Source: an uncultured Acidobacteriota bacterium
GTDB taxonomy: Bacteria > Acidobacteriota > Vicinamibacteria > Vicinamibacterales > Fen-181
NCBI GenBank assembly: GCA_963844875.1
Contig: CAWJPZ010000003.1
Coordinates: 645,200 to 709,199, forward strand
Length of the DNA: 64,000 bases
Direction of reading: 5' to 3'
Position 1 is the stretch's first letter. Every line of letters begins with the position of its first letter. Below are positions 1 through 9,004 of this stretch, piece by piece. The notes beneath the pieces are model-generated. The model did not search any database. It worked only from the letters and a program-made list of their open reading frames with translations, and was not told where the DNA came from. A program made the translations under genes and the position numbers.

Positions 1-11
1 CGTTCCAGCTG

Positions 12-650
12 GTGCCGCAACTCGGCGGGCTGGCCCCCGCGGTTTCCGAGGAGGCCGCGGACACGATCCGCGATTGGCGGCAGGGCCTGCCCGAGCTGGG
101 CAACCAGGTGGTGACCCTCAGAGAACCGCGGCCGTCCGACGCGGCCACGCTCTTCGCGATGCTCTCGTCCGACGAGGTGCGGCGATACATGTCGCCGCCG
201 CCGTCGGACCTCGCCGGCTTCGAGCGCTTCATCGACTGGGCGCACGCCGAGCGTGCCGCGGGCCGCTACCTGTGTTACGCGGTGGTGCCCGCGGGCTACG
301 AGACTCCGGTCGGCCTTTTCCAGGTCCGCCAGCTCGACCCTGGTTTCACGATGGGCGAATGGGGAGCGGCGTTGGGTTCGGCGTTCTGGGGGTCCGGGCT
401 CTTCGAGGCATCTGCCACGCTGCTGATGGAATTCCTCTTCGAGGAACTTGGCGTGCATCGGCTCGAGGCGCGTGCCGCGGTGCAGAACGGCAGGGCGAAC
501 GGCGCTGCGCGGAAGATCGGGGCGGTCCCGGAGGGCGTGGCGCGGCAGGGGCTGAACTGCCGCGGTCAGTATCACGACCAGTTGATGTGGTCGATCCTCG
601 CCGAGGACTGGCGCCAGGCGAAGGTCGAACAGCGGCCCATCGTGCACTGA
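12..650 (+). CDS. GNAT-family N-acetyltransferase (RimJ/RimL-like); may extend 5' beyond the window
   Basis: 212-aa ORF. 'VTLREPRPSDAATLFAML' and 'HRLEARAAVQNGRANGAARKIGAVPEGV' fit the RimJ/RimL-type GNAT core. The frame stays open to base 3, so the start is uncertain. Confidence 0.7.
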   Translation: MPQLGGLAPAVSEEAADTIRDWRQGLPELGNQVVTLREPRPSDAATLFAMLSSDEVRRYMSPPPSDLAGFERFIDWAHAERAAGRYLCYAVVPAGYETPVGLFQVRQLDPGFTMGEWGAALGSAFWGSGLFEASATLLMEFLFEELGVHRLEARAAVQNGRANGAARKIGAVPEGVARQGLNCRGQYHDQLMWSILAEDWRQAKVEQRPIVH

Positions 651-723
651 GGCAGCAGCGGCCTGGCGGCCGTGACAGGAGGAACCAGGACGTCGCGAGG
701 GTCCACGCGAGTACACTATCGCC

Positions 724-1773
724 GTGGACGTCGCGCTCTTCGATTTTCATCTTCCCACAGAACAGATCGCCCAGCGGCCCGCGCCCGACCGCGAGTCGTC
801 GCGCCTGCTCGTCCTCGACCGCGCCTCCGGCAGGGTCGCGGCGCACACGACCGTCCGCGAACTTCCCCATTTCTTGGCGCAGGGCGACCTGCTCGTCGTC
901 AACGACACGAAAGTGTTCCCGGCCCGGCTGCTCGGGCGTCGCGACCCCAGCGGCGGAGCGGTGGAATGCCTGCTGGTGCGGCGGCTCGAAGGCGATCACT
1001 GGGAAGCGCTGATGCACCCGGGCCAGAAGCTGCATCCCGGCGCGCGCGTCGTGTTCGAAGGCGCGGGACACCGGCTGCACGCCGAAGTGCTGCAGCAGCA
1101 CTTTCACGGGCGCCGGACGGTCCGCCTCTCGAGCGAGAACGGGTCCGACGTCGACCGGGTGGTCGACGCGATCGGCCACGTCCCGCTGCCTCCGTACATC
1201 CACCGGCCGGACGATGACGCGGACCGCCAGCGGTACCAGACGGTGTTCGCGCGGGAGCGGGGATTGATTGCCGCCCCGACGGCCGGACTCCACCTGACGC
1301 CCGGCCTGCTGGCCCGCCTCTCGGCAGCCGGCGTATCGAGAGCTGCCGTCACGCTGCACGTCGGCTATGGCACGTTCAAACCGGTGAGGGCAGAACAGGT
1401 CGAGGACCACCGCGTCGACCCCGAGCCGTACGAGATCTCGCCTGCCGCGTCGAACGCCATCAATGCGGCGCTCGATCAGCATCGTCGGGTCGTCACGGTC
1501 GGGACGACGACGACGAGAGCGGTGGAGACGGCCGCCGTGAACGGCGGCGGGCGCGTCGCGCCCGGTGCGGCCGTCAGCGAACTGTTCATCTACCCGGGGT
1601 TTTGCTTCCAGGCGCTTGGCGGCCTCCTCACGAACTTTCACCTCCCCAAGTCGTCGCTGCTGATGCTGGTCTGCGCGTTCGCCGGCCGGGAGGCGGTCCT
1701 GGAGGCCTATCGCGAAGCGGTGTCGCGCGGCTACCGGTTCTACAGCTACGGTGACGCGATGTTGATCCTGTGA
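724..1773 (+). CDS. queA: S-adenosylmethionine:tRNA ribosyltransferase-isomerase
   Basis: 349-aa ORF with a GTG start. N-terminus 'VDVALFDFHLPTEQIAQRP', 'LLVVNDTKVFPARL', 'PLPPYI' and C-terminal 'YRFYSYGDAMLI' are characteristic of QueA. Confidence 0.95.
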   Translation: MDVALFDFHLPTEQIAQRPAPDRESSRLLVLDRASGRVAAHTTVRELPHFLAQGDLLVVNDTKVFPARLLGRRDPSGGAVECLLVRRLEGDHWEALMHPGQKLHPGARVVFEGAGHRLHAEVLQQHFHGRRTVRLSSENGSDVDRVVDAIGHVPLPPYIHRPDDDADRQRYQTVFARERGLIAAPTAGLHLTPGLLARLSAAGVSRAAVTLHVGYGTFKPVRAEQVEDHRVDPEPYEISPAASNAINAALDQHRRVVTVGTTTTRAVETAAVNGGGRVAPGAAVSELFIYPGFCFQALGGLLTNFHLPKSSLLMLVCAFAGREAVLEAYREAVSRGYRFYSYGDAMLIL

Positions 1774-2751
1774 CCAACAGGATCCAGAATGCGCTGATGC
1801 CATTCCCCTACGAAGAATTCGACCTGGCCGGGATTCGCACCTACCCGCTCAAGAGCCGCGCGAGCAAGGCGCGGGCGGAGGATTTCGCGAAGCCGTACCG
1901 CCCCGGGAGTGGCGTGACCGGGCTGGTCGAGTCGCTGCCGTCGATCCTCGCCGCGGCCGATTTCCGCGCGGTGGTGGCGGCGATGCTCGCGGCCCGCGAA
2001 TCGGGCGGCGGCATCGTCTGGGGCATCGGCGCTCACGTGGTCAAGACGGGGCTGTCGCCGGTGCTGATCGACCTCATGGAGCGGGGGTTCGTCTCGGCGC
2101 TCGCGACCAACGGCGCAGGCGTCATCCACGACTTCGAGATCGCGCTGTCGGGGGGCACCTCGGAGGACGTCGAGGCAGCGCTCGGCGCCGGTCAGTTCGG
2201 CATGGCGGAGGAAACCGGCCGGTTGCTGAACGGCGCCATAAACGAGGGCGTGGCGGGCGGGCTGGGGATCGGGCAGTCGGTCGGACGCTATTTGTGCCAG
2301 CACCACCCGCAGTACCGAGCGCGCGTCGATCGTGGCGTCCGCCTTCCGGCTCGGGATCCCGGTGACCGTGCACGTGGCGGTGGGCACGGACATCATCCAC
2401 ATGCACCCGGCGGCCTCCGGCGCGGCGCTCGGGGAAGGCAGCCTGCGCGACTTCCGCTACTTCGCCGCCAACGTTGCCAGGCTCGACCACGGCGTCTACC
2501 TGAACTGCGGGTCGGCTGTCGTCCTGCCGGAAGTGTTCCTGAAAGCGGTGGCGTTGGCCCGCAACCGCGGGTGCAGCCTGCAGGGCCTGACGACGGTGAC
2601 GTTCGATTTCGCGAAGCTCTACCGGCCGCAGGTCAACGTCGTGAGCCGCCCGACGGCCGGAATCGGCCACGGGTATTACCTCGTCGGGCATCACGAGCTG
2701 CTGCTGCCGCTTCTGGCTGCCGCCATTGTTGAGGGTAGCGGGCGGCCCTGA
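1770..2751 (+). CDS. Conserved hypothetical protein (possibly deoxyhypusine-synthase-like fold), with the reading frame broken once near 2316
   Basis: The N-terminal part is in the 1770 ORF frame (to about QHHPQY). The C-terminal part is in the 2332..2751 frame ('ASAFRLGIPVTVHVAVGTDIIHMHP...'). The two halves read as one protein if one base next to GTAC 2312-2315 is removed. The GTG start overlaps the queA stop (GTGA). The family assignment is from memory and weak. Confidence 0.5.
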
Positions 2752-2757
2752 TATAAT
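2729..2757 (+). promoter_or_regulatory. Candidate sigma70-type promoter for the tRNA (and possibly tilS-ftsH): TTGAGG-17 nt-TATAAT
   Basis: TTGAGG at 2729-2734, a 17-nt spacer, and a perfect TATAAT at 2752-2757, 10 nt upstream of tRNA base 1. It lies in the 3' end and stop of the preceding CDS. Confidence 0.4.
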
Positions 2758-2767
2758 CGGTGTTTAC

Positions 2768-2844
2768 GGCGGTGTAGCTCAGCTGGTTAGAGCACGCGGC
2801 TCATATCCGCGGAGTCCGGGGTTCAAGTCCCTGCACCGCCACCA
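2768..2844 (+). tRNA. tRNA with anticodon CAT (elongator Met, or Ile2 read after lysidine modification); CCA encoded
   Basis: 77-nt cloverleaf folded by hand. Acceptor GGCGGUG/CACCGCC, D arm GCUC..GAGC, anticodon stem CGCGG/CCGCG with loop CUCAUAU, T arm CGGGG-UUCAAGU-CCCUG, discriminator A plus CCA. The G1-C72 pair excludes an initiator. Confidence 0.9.
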
Positions 2845-2889
2845 GATTCACCTCGCCGGGTCACGTCCTGCACTCACGGTCGATGCTGT

Positions 2890-4357
2890 TTGCGGGATAT
2901 GGCCCTCGAGCGCTCGCTCTCGATGCCAGTCCTCTCCGAGCGAGTCTGCCGGACGATTGAGCGATATCGCCTGCTTCCTCCCGGCGCCCGCGTCCTCGTG
3001 GCGACGTCGGGGGGAGCCGATTCGACCGCGCTCGCCTGCCTGCTCTCCGACCTCGCCGAAAGGCTCGAGATTCGAGCTGGCAGGGCTGGCGCACTTCAAC
3101 CACAGCATCAGGGGCCGCGCTTCCGAAGAGGACGAGCACTTCTGCCGTAACCTGGCGGAGCGGCTCGATGTCGGGTTCGTCGCGGAGCGCGGCGACGTTC
3201 CGGCGGCCGCGAGGAAGCTGAAGGCGTCGATCGAGGACGCCGCGCGCCAGATGCGATACGCGTTTCTCGACCGGGCGAGGCGGCAATCGTCGGCAACGCA
3301 CGTGGCGCTCGGTCACACGCGCGACGACCAGGCCGAGACCCTTCTGCTGAACCTGCTGCGCGGGGCCGGCACGCGGGGGCTCGGCGGCATGCCTCGGTCC
3401 CGGGAGGCGTTCGTGCGTCCGCTGCTCGACTGCTCACATGAAGAGCTGGTCGAGTGGCTGCGGGAGCGCGGGACGGCCTACCGGGAGGACGAATCGAACC
3501 GCGACCGCCGCTACAGCCGCAATCGGCTGCGCCACGACGTGATGCCGGCGTTGGAGCGAGCGTTTCCGGGAGCGGCCGCGGCACTGGCCCGGGCGGCCGG
3601 CCTGGCGCGGTCGGATGCCGACTACCTGGAACGGCTTGCTGAAGGGGCACTGGATGGCGCGTCCCGTCTGGATTCGGACGGGGGGCTGGTGATCGATGCC
3701 CCGGCGCTCGCGGGCATGCCTTTGGCCCTCGCGCGGGGTGCGGTTCGGCTGGCGGTGCAGAGGGTCGCCGGCGACGGGTTCGTGACGGCGGAACAGACAG
3801 AACGGCTGGTCGACCTGGTTGCGAACGCGACAGGCGGGCGTTTGATGCTGCCTGGGCTGCAGGCGGATCTTGCGGGGGGCCAGCTGCTGCTGAGGCCCCG
3901 CCGGGGGAGGTCGGCGGCGGCGTCCGGCGACGATTTGCCAACCTCGTCCGGAAACTCTTTTCGCGCAACGTTGTCTATTCCAGGAGAGGTGTTGCTCGGC
4001 GACGGGCGGGTCGTTTCGTCGGAGCTTCGCCTCGAGCCGATCGGCCGGGCCGCGATCGCGCGGCTGTCAGGTCCGACGACAGCCGTCCTGGACGCAAGCG
4101 GGTGTTCGAGCCTGTCGGTTCGGTATTGGCGGTCGGGTGATTGGTTCAGGCCGCTTGGCCTGCGGGGCCGGAAGAAGCTTCAAGACTTCTTCGTGGACAG
4201 GAAGGTTCCGCGCGACGCGCGCGCCGGCGTGCCGCTGGTCGTCGACGGGGACGATCGCATCGTCTGGGTTGCCGGACACGCGGTTTCCGAGGATTTCCGC
4301 GTGAGCGACGTTACGCGCGCCGTGGTAATCTTGAAGCTGAGGGGAGAAAGAGTTTGA
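2890..4357 (+). CDS. tilS: tRNA(Ile)-lysidine synthase, with the reading frame broken once around 3055-3075
   Basis: The PP-loop '[18 protein letters not shown]' is in the 2890..3150 frame. The remainder ('[15 protein letters not shown]...', C-terminal '[15 protein letters not shown]...IVWVAGH') is in the 2726..4357 frame. The start is uncertain (ATG at 2890, 2899 or 2923). Confidence 0.85.
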
Positions 4358-6276
4358 ACTCCACGCTCAAGAGTCTGCTGTTCTGGATGGTGCTGGTCCT
4401 CGTCGTCCTCCTGATCTGGAATTTCTCGACGAATTTCCAGCAGCGCGACAGCGTGGTCAGCTTCAGCGAGTTCATCGAAAAGGTCAACGGCGGCCAGGTC
4501 GCCTCGGTGACGATCACCGGGAGCGAGGTGACCGGCCTCTACAAGGCAGATAACCAGGCGTTCCGGACGTTTGCCCCGGCCCAGTACGAAGGACTGGCGA
4601 ACAAGCTCATCGAGAAGGGGGTGCAGGTCACGGCCAAGGAGCCGAGCGTCAGCCCCTGGTCCTCGATCTTCTACTCGTGGGCGCCGATCCTCCTGATGAT
4701 CGGGTTCTGGATCTTCCTGATGCGGCAGATGCAGAGCGGGGGCAACAAGGCGCTCTCGTTCGGCAAGAGCAAGGCGAAGCTCTCCTCGAGCGCGCAGAAG
4801 AAGGTGACGTTCAAGGACGTCGCGGGCGTGGATGAAGCGAAGGAGGAGCTGCAGGAAATCATCGAGTTCCTCAAGGAGCCGCAGAAGTTCCAGAAGCTCG
4901 GCGGCCGCATTCCCAAGGGGGTGCTGCTCATGGGCTCGCCGGGAACGGGCAAGACCCTGCTGGCCCGCGCGGTGGCGGGTGAAGCCAACGTGCCCTTCTT
5001 CTCGATCAGCGGTTCGGACTTCGTCGAGATGTTCGTCGGCGTCGGGGCGTCGCGCGTGCGCGACCTGTTCGAGCAGGGCAAGAAGAACGCTCCCTGCATC
5101 ATCTTCATCGACGAGATCGACGCGGTTGGACGGCACCGGGGCGCCGGTCTGGGCGGCGGTCACGACGAGCGCGAGCAGACGCTGAACCAGCTGCTGGTCG
5201 AGATGGACGGCTTCGAGTCGAACGAGGGCGTCATCCTGGTGGCGGCGACCAACCGTCCCGACGTGCTGGACCCGGCGCTGCTTCGCCCCGGCCGCTTCGA
5301 CCGTCGGATCGTGGTGAACCGTCCCGACGTCAAGGGCCGCGAGGGGATTCTCGGGGTGCACACCCGCAAGATCCCGCTCTCGGACGACGTGAACGTGAGC
5401 GTGCTGGCGCGCGGCACGGCGGGATTCTCGGGGGCGGACCTGGCGAACCTGGTGAACGAGGCGGCGCTCTACGCGGCGCGCTTCAACCAGAAAGTCGTGC
5501 GGATGCTCGACTTCGAGTTCGCCAAGGACAAGGTGCTGATGGGCACCGAGCGCAAGTCGATGATCATCAGCGACTCCGAGAAGCGGGTCACGGCGGTGCA
5601 CGAGGCGGGGCACGCCCTGCTGACCGTGCTGCTGCCGGGGGCCGACCCGATTCACAAGGTGACGATCATCCCCCGCGGGATGGCCCTCGGCCTCACGCAG
5701 CAGCTGCCCGTGGACGAGAAGCACAACCTCTCGCGGGCGTACCTGGAAGACCAGATTGCGATCCTGCTCGGCGGCCGCATCGCCGAGGAAATCACGACGG
5801 GCAACGTGACGACCGGGGCGGGGAACGACCTCGAGCGCGTCACCGACCTCGCTCGCCGCATGGTGTGCGAGTGGGGCATGAGCCAGTCGATGGGGCCGCT
5901 GACCTTCGGCAAGAAGGAAGAGCAGATCTTCCTCGGCCGCGAGATCGCCCAGCACCAGGACTACAGCGAGGACACGGCGATCAAGATCGACCAGGAGGTC
6001 AAGGGCATCGTCACGAAGCAGTACGAGCGCGCCCTGGCGGTGCTGACGGAACACCGCGACGAACTGGTGCGAATCGCCGACTCGCTGCTCGTCCAGGAGG
6101 TCCTCGACGGAGACCAGGTCCGGCGGCTGGCGGCGGGCGGGGCGCTCGAGGAGACCGGCACGGCGGCCGCGCAGGCCGCGCCGGCTTCGGACGACGAGGC
6201 CCGGGCGCGGCAGCGCGAGCGCTCGGCGGTCGTTTCGCCGCTGCAGCCAATCCAGAAGCCGGTGCACCAGGAATAG
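4354..6276 (+). CDS. ftsH: ATP-dependent zinc metalloprotease FtsH
   Basis: TTG start at 4354 after GGGGAGAAAGAG, overlapping the tilS stop. It has a TM segment, Walker A 'GSPGTGKT', SRH '[20 protein letters not shown]' and the zinc site 'HEAGHAL'. Confidence 0.95.
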   Translation: MNSTLKSLLFWMVLVLVVLLIWNFSTNFQQRDSVVSFSEFIEKVNGGQVASVTITGSEVTGLYKADNQAFRTFAPAQYEGLANKLIEKGVQVTAKEPSVSPWSSIFYSWAPILLMIGFWIFLMRQMQSGGNKALSFGKSKAKLSSSAQKKVTFKDVAGVDEAKEELQEIIEFLKEPQKFQKLGGRIPKGVLLMGSPGTGKTLLARAVAGEANVPFFSISGSDFVEMFVGVGASRVRDLFEQGKKNAPCIIFIDEIDAVGRHRGAGLGGGHDEREQTLNQLLVEMDGFESNEGVILVAATNRPDVLDPALLRPGRFDRRIVVNRPDVKGREGILGVHTRKIPLSDDVNVSVLARGTAGFSGADLANLVNEAALYAARFNQKVVRMLDFEFAKDKVLMGTERKSMIISDSEKRVTAVHEAGHALLTVLLPGADPIHKVTIIPRGMALGLTQQLPVDEKHNLSRAYLEDQIAILLGGRIAEEITTGNVTTGAGNDLERVTDLARRMVCEWGMSQSMGPLTFGKKEEQIFLGREIAQHQDYSEDTAIKIDQEVKGIVTKQYERALAVLTEHRDELVRIADSLLVQEVLDGDQVRRLAAGGALEETGTAAAQAAPASDDEARARQRERSAVVSPLQPIQKPVHQE

Positions 6277-6283
6277 CCGGGAA

Positions 6284-6312
6284 GCGGACGGCCGCCGGAG
6301 CCCGCCGTCCGC
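6284..6312 (+). terminator. GC-rich hairpin just after the ftsH stop (9-bp stem, 11-nt loop, no U-tract)
   Basis: GCGGACGGC (6284-6292) pairs perfectly with GCCGTCCGC (6304-6312). The terminator role is inferred from position only. Confidence 0.35.
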
Positions 6313-6318
6313 CGCTGC

Positions 6319-6402
6319 CAATGACGAATGAAGAATGAAGAATGTAGAAATGAAGACGGCTCAGGGGAGCGCTCTGCATTCGACATTCTGCATTCCGCAT
6401 TG
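6319..6402. repeat. AT-rich heptad-repeat imperfect palindrome: (GAATGNN)x5 facing (TCNNCAT)x4
   Basis: Left arm, 6319-6354: caatgac gaatgaa gaatgaa gaatgta gaaatgaa. Right arm, 6373-6400: tctgcat tcgacat tctgcat tccgcat. The right arm is the reverse complement of the same heptad register. Confidence 0.75.
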
Positions 6403-7269
6403 ACTCAACGTCCTTCCTTCTCCGTGCCCCTCGCGGGCGGGCGGCGCCTGAACCTGGGCGACCGCACGCTCGTGATGGCGATCGTCAACGTCACTCCCGA
6501 TTCGTTCGCCGAAACCCGGCCGTCCACCGACCCGCAACGCGCGCTCGACCTCGCGCAGGAGGCCGAGGCCCAGGGTGCCGACATCCTGGATCTCGGCGCG
6601 GAATCCACGCGCCCGGGTGCGCCTCCGGTGGACGAGGCGGAAGAACTGCGGCGCCTGCTGCCCGCCCTTCGCGCCGTCACCGCGCGCACCGGCCTGCCGG
6701 TCTCGATCGACACCACGAAGGCCGGGGTGGCAGAGCAGGCGCTGGACGCCGGCGCGGCGATGGTGAACGATATCTCCGGCCTAAGGTATGATCCGGGCCT
6801 CGGGCAGGTCGTCGCGCGTTGGGGCGCGGCGCTGGTCCTGATGCACACGAGGGGAACGCCGCGCGGGATGTACGATCTCGCCGAGTACGCCGACGTGGCC
6901 GGCGAGGTTCGGCGGGAGCTGGCGGAATCGCTGGCAGCCGCTGCGCGTGCCGGCGTCCCACCCGAGGCGACGATCGTCGACCCCGGCCTCGGGTTCGGCA
7001 AGCGGGCGGAGCACAGCTACGAAGCGCTCGCCCGGCTGCACGACCTCTCGGCGCTCGGCCGCCCGATCCTGGTGGGCAGTTCCCGGAAGTCGTTTCTCAA
7101 ACGGGCCATGGGAGACGTGCCGCCCGCCGGGCGTGACTGGGGTACGGCCGCCACGGTGACGGCGGCGATCCTCGCGGGAGCGCACATCGTGCGCGTGCAT
7201 GCCGTCGGGCCCATGGTGCAGGTGGCACGCGTGGCCGACGAAATCGTCCGGTGGCGGGGTGGGCAGTGA
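6400..7269 (+). CDS. folP: Dihydropteroate synthase
   Basis: 'VMAIVNVTPDSFAE', 'GADILDLGAESTRPGA', 'SIDTTKA', 'VNDISG' and 'GFGK' match DHPS. The ORF track starts at 6328, but codons 6328-6399 lie in the heptad repeat. TTG 6400 or GTG 6424 are more plausible starts. Confidence 0.9.
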   Translation: MTQRPSFSVPLAGGRRLNLGDRTLVMAIVNVTPDSFAETRPSTDPQRALDLAQEAEAQGADILDLGAESTRPGAPPVDEAEELRRLLPALRAVTARTGLPVSIDTTKAGVAEQALDAGAAMVNDISGLRYDPGLGQVVARWGAALVLMHTRGTPRGMYDLAEYADVAGEVRRELAESLAAAARAGVPPEATIVDPGLGFGKRAEHSYEALARLHDLSALGRPILVGSSRKSFLKRAMGDVPPAGRDWGTAATVTAAILAGAHIVRVHAVGPMVQVARVADEIVRWRGGQ

Positions 7270-8081
7270 CGATCACCCAAAGCATCCTCTCCGTGCTGCG
7301 CCACTTCGGCTGGTGGGACGTCCTCGACGTCCTCATCGTGGCGGTCGCGATCTACGAGATCCTCAAGTTGATCCGTGGAACGCGCGCCGTGCAGATGGGC
7401 GTCGGCGCCGCCCTGCTGGTCCTGCTGTTCTACCTCTCTCGCTGGGGGCACCTCGAGACCGTCAACTGGCTGATCCGGAACATGGTCGGCTACCTGGTGT
7501 TCGGGCTGATCGTGCTCTTCCAGGCCGACATCCGCCGGGCGCTCGCGCATTTCGGCCGGACGCCGTTCGGCGCCTACTTCGCCCGGACCCAGCGCGCCGA
7601 CGAGACGATCGAGGAAATCGTGGTGGCGACCGGCATGCTCGCGTCGCAGCGCGTCGGCGGGATAGTGGCCATCGAGCGGACCATCGGCCTTCGCAACTAC
7701 ATCGAGGGGGGGATCCCGCTGGATGCCACCGTCACCTACGACCTGCTGGTGACGATCTTCCGTCCCGGGACGCCGCTCCACGACGGCGCGGTGATCATCC
7801 AGGGGGACCGGATCGCGGCCGCCGCGTGCTTCCTGCCGCTCACGGTGAACCCGCGGGTGAGCAAGGACTACGGCACGCGCCACCGCGCGGCGATCGGATT
7901 GACCGAGGAGACCGACGCCGTCACCGTGATCGTGTCCGAGGAAACCGGGCGCATCTCCCTGGCGCTCGACGGCGGGATCGAAAGCGACCTCACGTCCGAT
8001 GCGCTGCGGTTGCGGCTCCAGGAGCTGCTGACCGGGAAGCGCCGCGAGAAGCGGGAACTCGCCCGCCCGGTGTACGACTGA
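7266..8081 (+). CDS. cdaA: Diadenylate cyclase CdaA (DisA_N domain, membrane-anchored)
   Basis: Three N-terminal TM segments, then 'GTPLHDGAVIIQGDRIAAAACFLPL' and 'GTRHRAAIGLTEETDAVTVIVSEETG' (DGA and RHR motifs). GTG 7266 overlaps the folP stop (GTGA); GTG 7251 is an alternative start. Confidence 0.9.
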   Translation: MTITQSILSVLRHFGWWDVLDVLIVAVAIYEILKLIRGTRAVQMGVGAALLVLLFYLSRWGHLETVNWLIRNMVGYLVFGLIVLFQADIRRALAHFGRTPFGAYFARTQRADETIEEIVVATGMLASQRVGGIVAIERTIGLRNYIEGGIPLDATVTYDLLVTIFRPGTPLHDGAVIIQGDRIAAAACFLPLTVNPRVSKDYGTRHRAAIGLTEETDAVTVIVSEETGRISLALDGGIESDLTSDALRLRLQELLTGKRREKRELARPVYD

Positions 8082-8992
8082 TGGCCTACCATCCATTCCG
8101 CCACCTCGGGCTCAAATTCCTCTCGGTGACGGTTGCGTTCGGCCTGTGGTTCACCCTCGCCGGCGAGGAGACGGTCGAACGGACTCTCAACGTGGCCCTC
8201 GAGATGCAGAACCGGCCCGAGCGGCTGGAACTGGTCGAGAACCTGCCGCAGACCGTCCTGGTGCGCGTGCGAGGGCGGTCGGGCCTGCTCGCCCAGATGG
8301 CGCCGGGCGAAGTCACCGCGTTGATTGACCTCTCGAACGCGAAGGTCGGCCGCAGGTACTTTCCCCTGACGCGTGAGGACGTGCGGGCCCCGTTCGGGGT
8401 GGAGGTGGTGGAAGTCAGGCCGGGGAACATCCCGCTGAGGTTTGAACTGTCCTTGACGCGCTCCGTTCCCGTTGTCGCGAGTGTCGAGGGAGAGCCGGCG
8501 GCCGGCTACCTCGCCGGGAAGCCGACCGTCGAACCGGGCACGGTCGAGGTGTCGGGGCCCGCCAGCGCGGTCGATTGGCTGAAGGAAGTGTCGACGGAGC
8601 CCGTCTCCCTGGACGGGGCCCGGTCGGACGTGGTCGAACGGGTGACGGTCGGCACGCCAGACCCCAGCGTCAGGCTCGACACCGGCGTGACGGCGACGGT
8701 CAGGGTGCCCGTCGCCCCGCTGCCGGTCGAGCGCATGCTCGCCCAGGTTCCCGTCCACCTCCGCGAGACCGGCAAGGCGTTCTCGGCGCAGGCGCTTCCC
8801 TCGGCCGTGGCGGTCACGATCCGCGGCGCCGCCGAAGTCGTCGGGGCGCTCACACCCGACGCGGTCGCGGCCCACGTGGACCTTGCCGGCCTCGGACCGG
8901 GCCGGTACAATCTTTCAGTCCATGTGGACAAGGAACAGCCGTTCGCGGTCGTCCGCATCGACCCGTCCTCCGTCACTGTCAGGATCAAGTAG
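8081..8992 (+). CDS. cdaR: YbbR-domain protein, CdaA regulator
   Basis: ATG 8081 overlaps the cdaA stop. It has an N-terminal TM segment followed by repeated YbbR-like beta modules. It occupies the conserved position between cdaA and glmM. Confidence 0.8.
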   Translation: MAYHPFRHLGLKFLSVTVAFGLWFTLAGEETVERTLNVALEMQNRPERLELVENLPQTVLVRVRGRSGLLAQMAPGEVTALIDLSNAKVGRRYFPLTREDVRAPFGVEVVEVRPGNIPLRFELSLTRSVPVVASVEGEPAAGYLAGKPTVEPGTVEVSGPASAVDWLKEVSTEPVSLDGARSDVVERVTVGTPDPSVRLDTGVTATVRVPVAPLPVERMLAQVPVHLRETGKAFSAQALPSAVAVTIRGAAEVVGALTPDAVAAHVDLAGLGPGRYNLSVHVDKEQPFAVVRIDPSSVTVRIK

Positions 8993-9004
8993 CGTTCGCC
9001 ATCC

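Noticed and set aside
4180-6321. The 713-aa ORF antisense to ftsH, and similar very long ORFs: 346..1803(-), 7017..8096(-), 9280..10068(-), 19485..21485(+), 23270..24271(+), 26550..28415(-), 28919..30478(+), 36140..38050(-), 39750..41996(-), 42241..43950(+), 50053..51342(-), 54047..56392(+), 56157..57185(+), 58870..60285(+).
   Set aside because: All lie opposite or out of frame to genes with unmistakable conserved motifs. Their translations are Arg/Pro/Gly/Ala-rich low-complexity sequence, typical of stop-poor alternative frames in GC-rich DNA. No recognisable domains are present.
6328-6399. The N-terminal extension of folP offered by the ORF track ('MKNEECRNEDGSGERSAFDILHSA').
   Set aside because: These codons are the heptad-repeat palindrome and are not DHPS-like. 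TTG 6400 or GTG 6424 gives a normal-length DHPS N-terminus.
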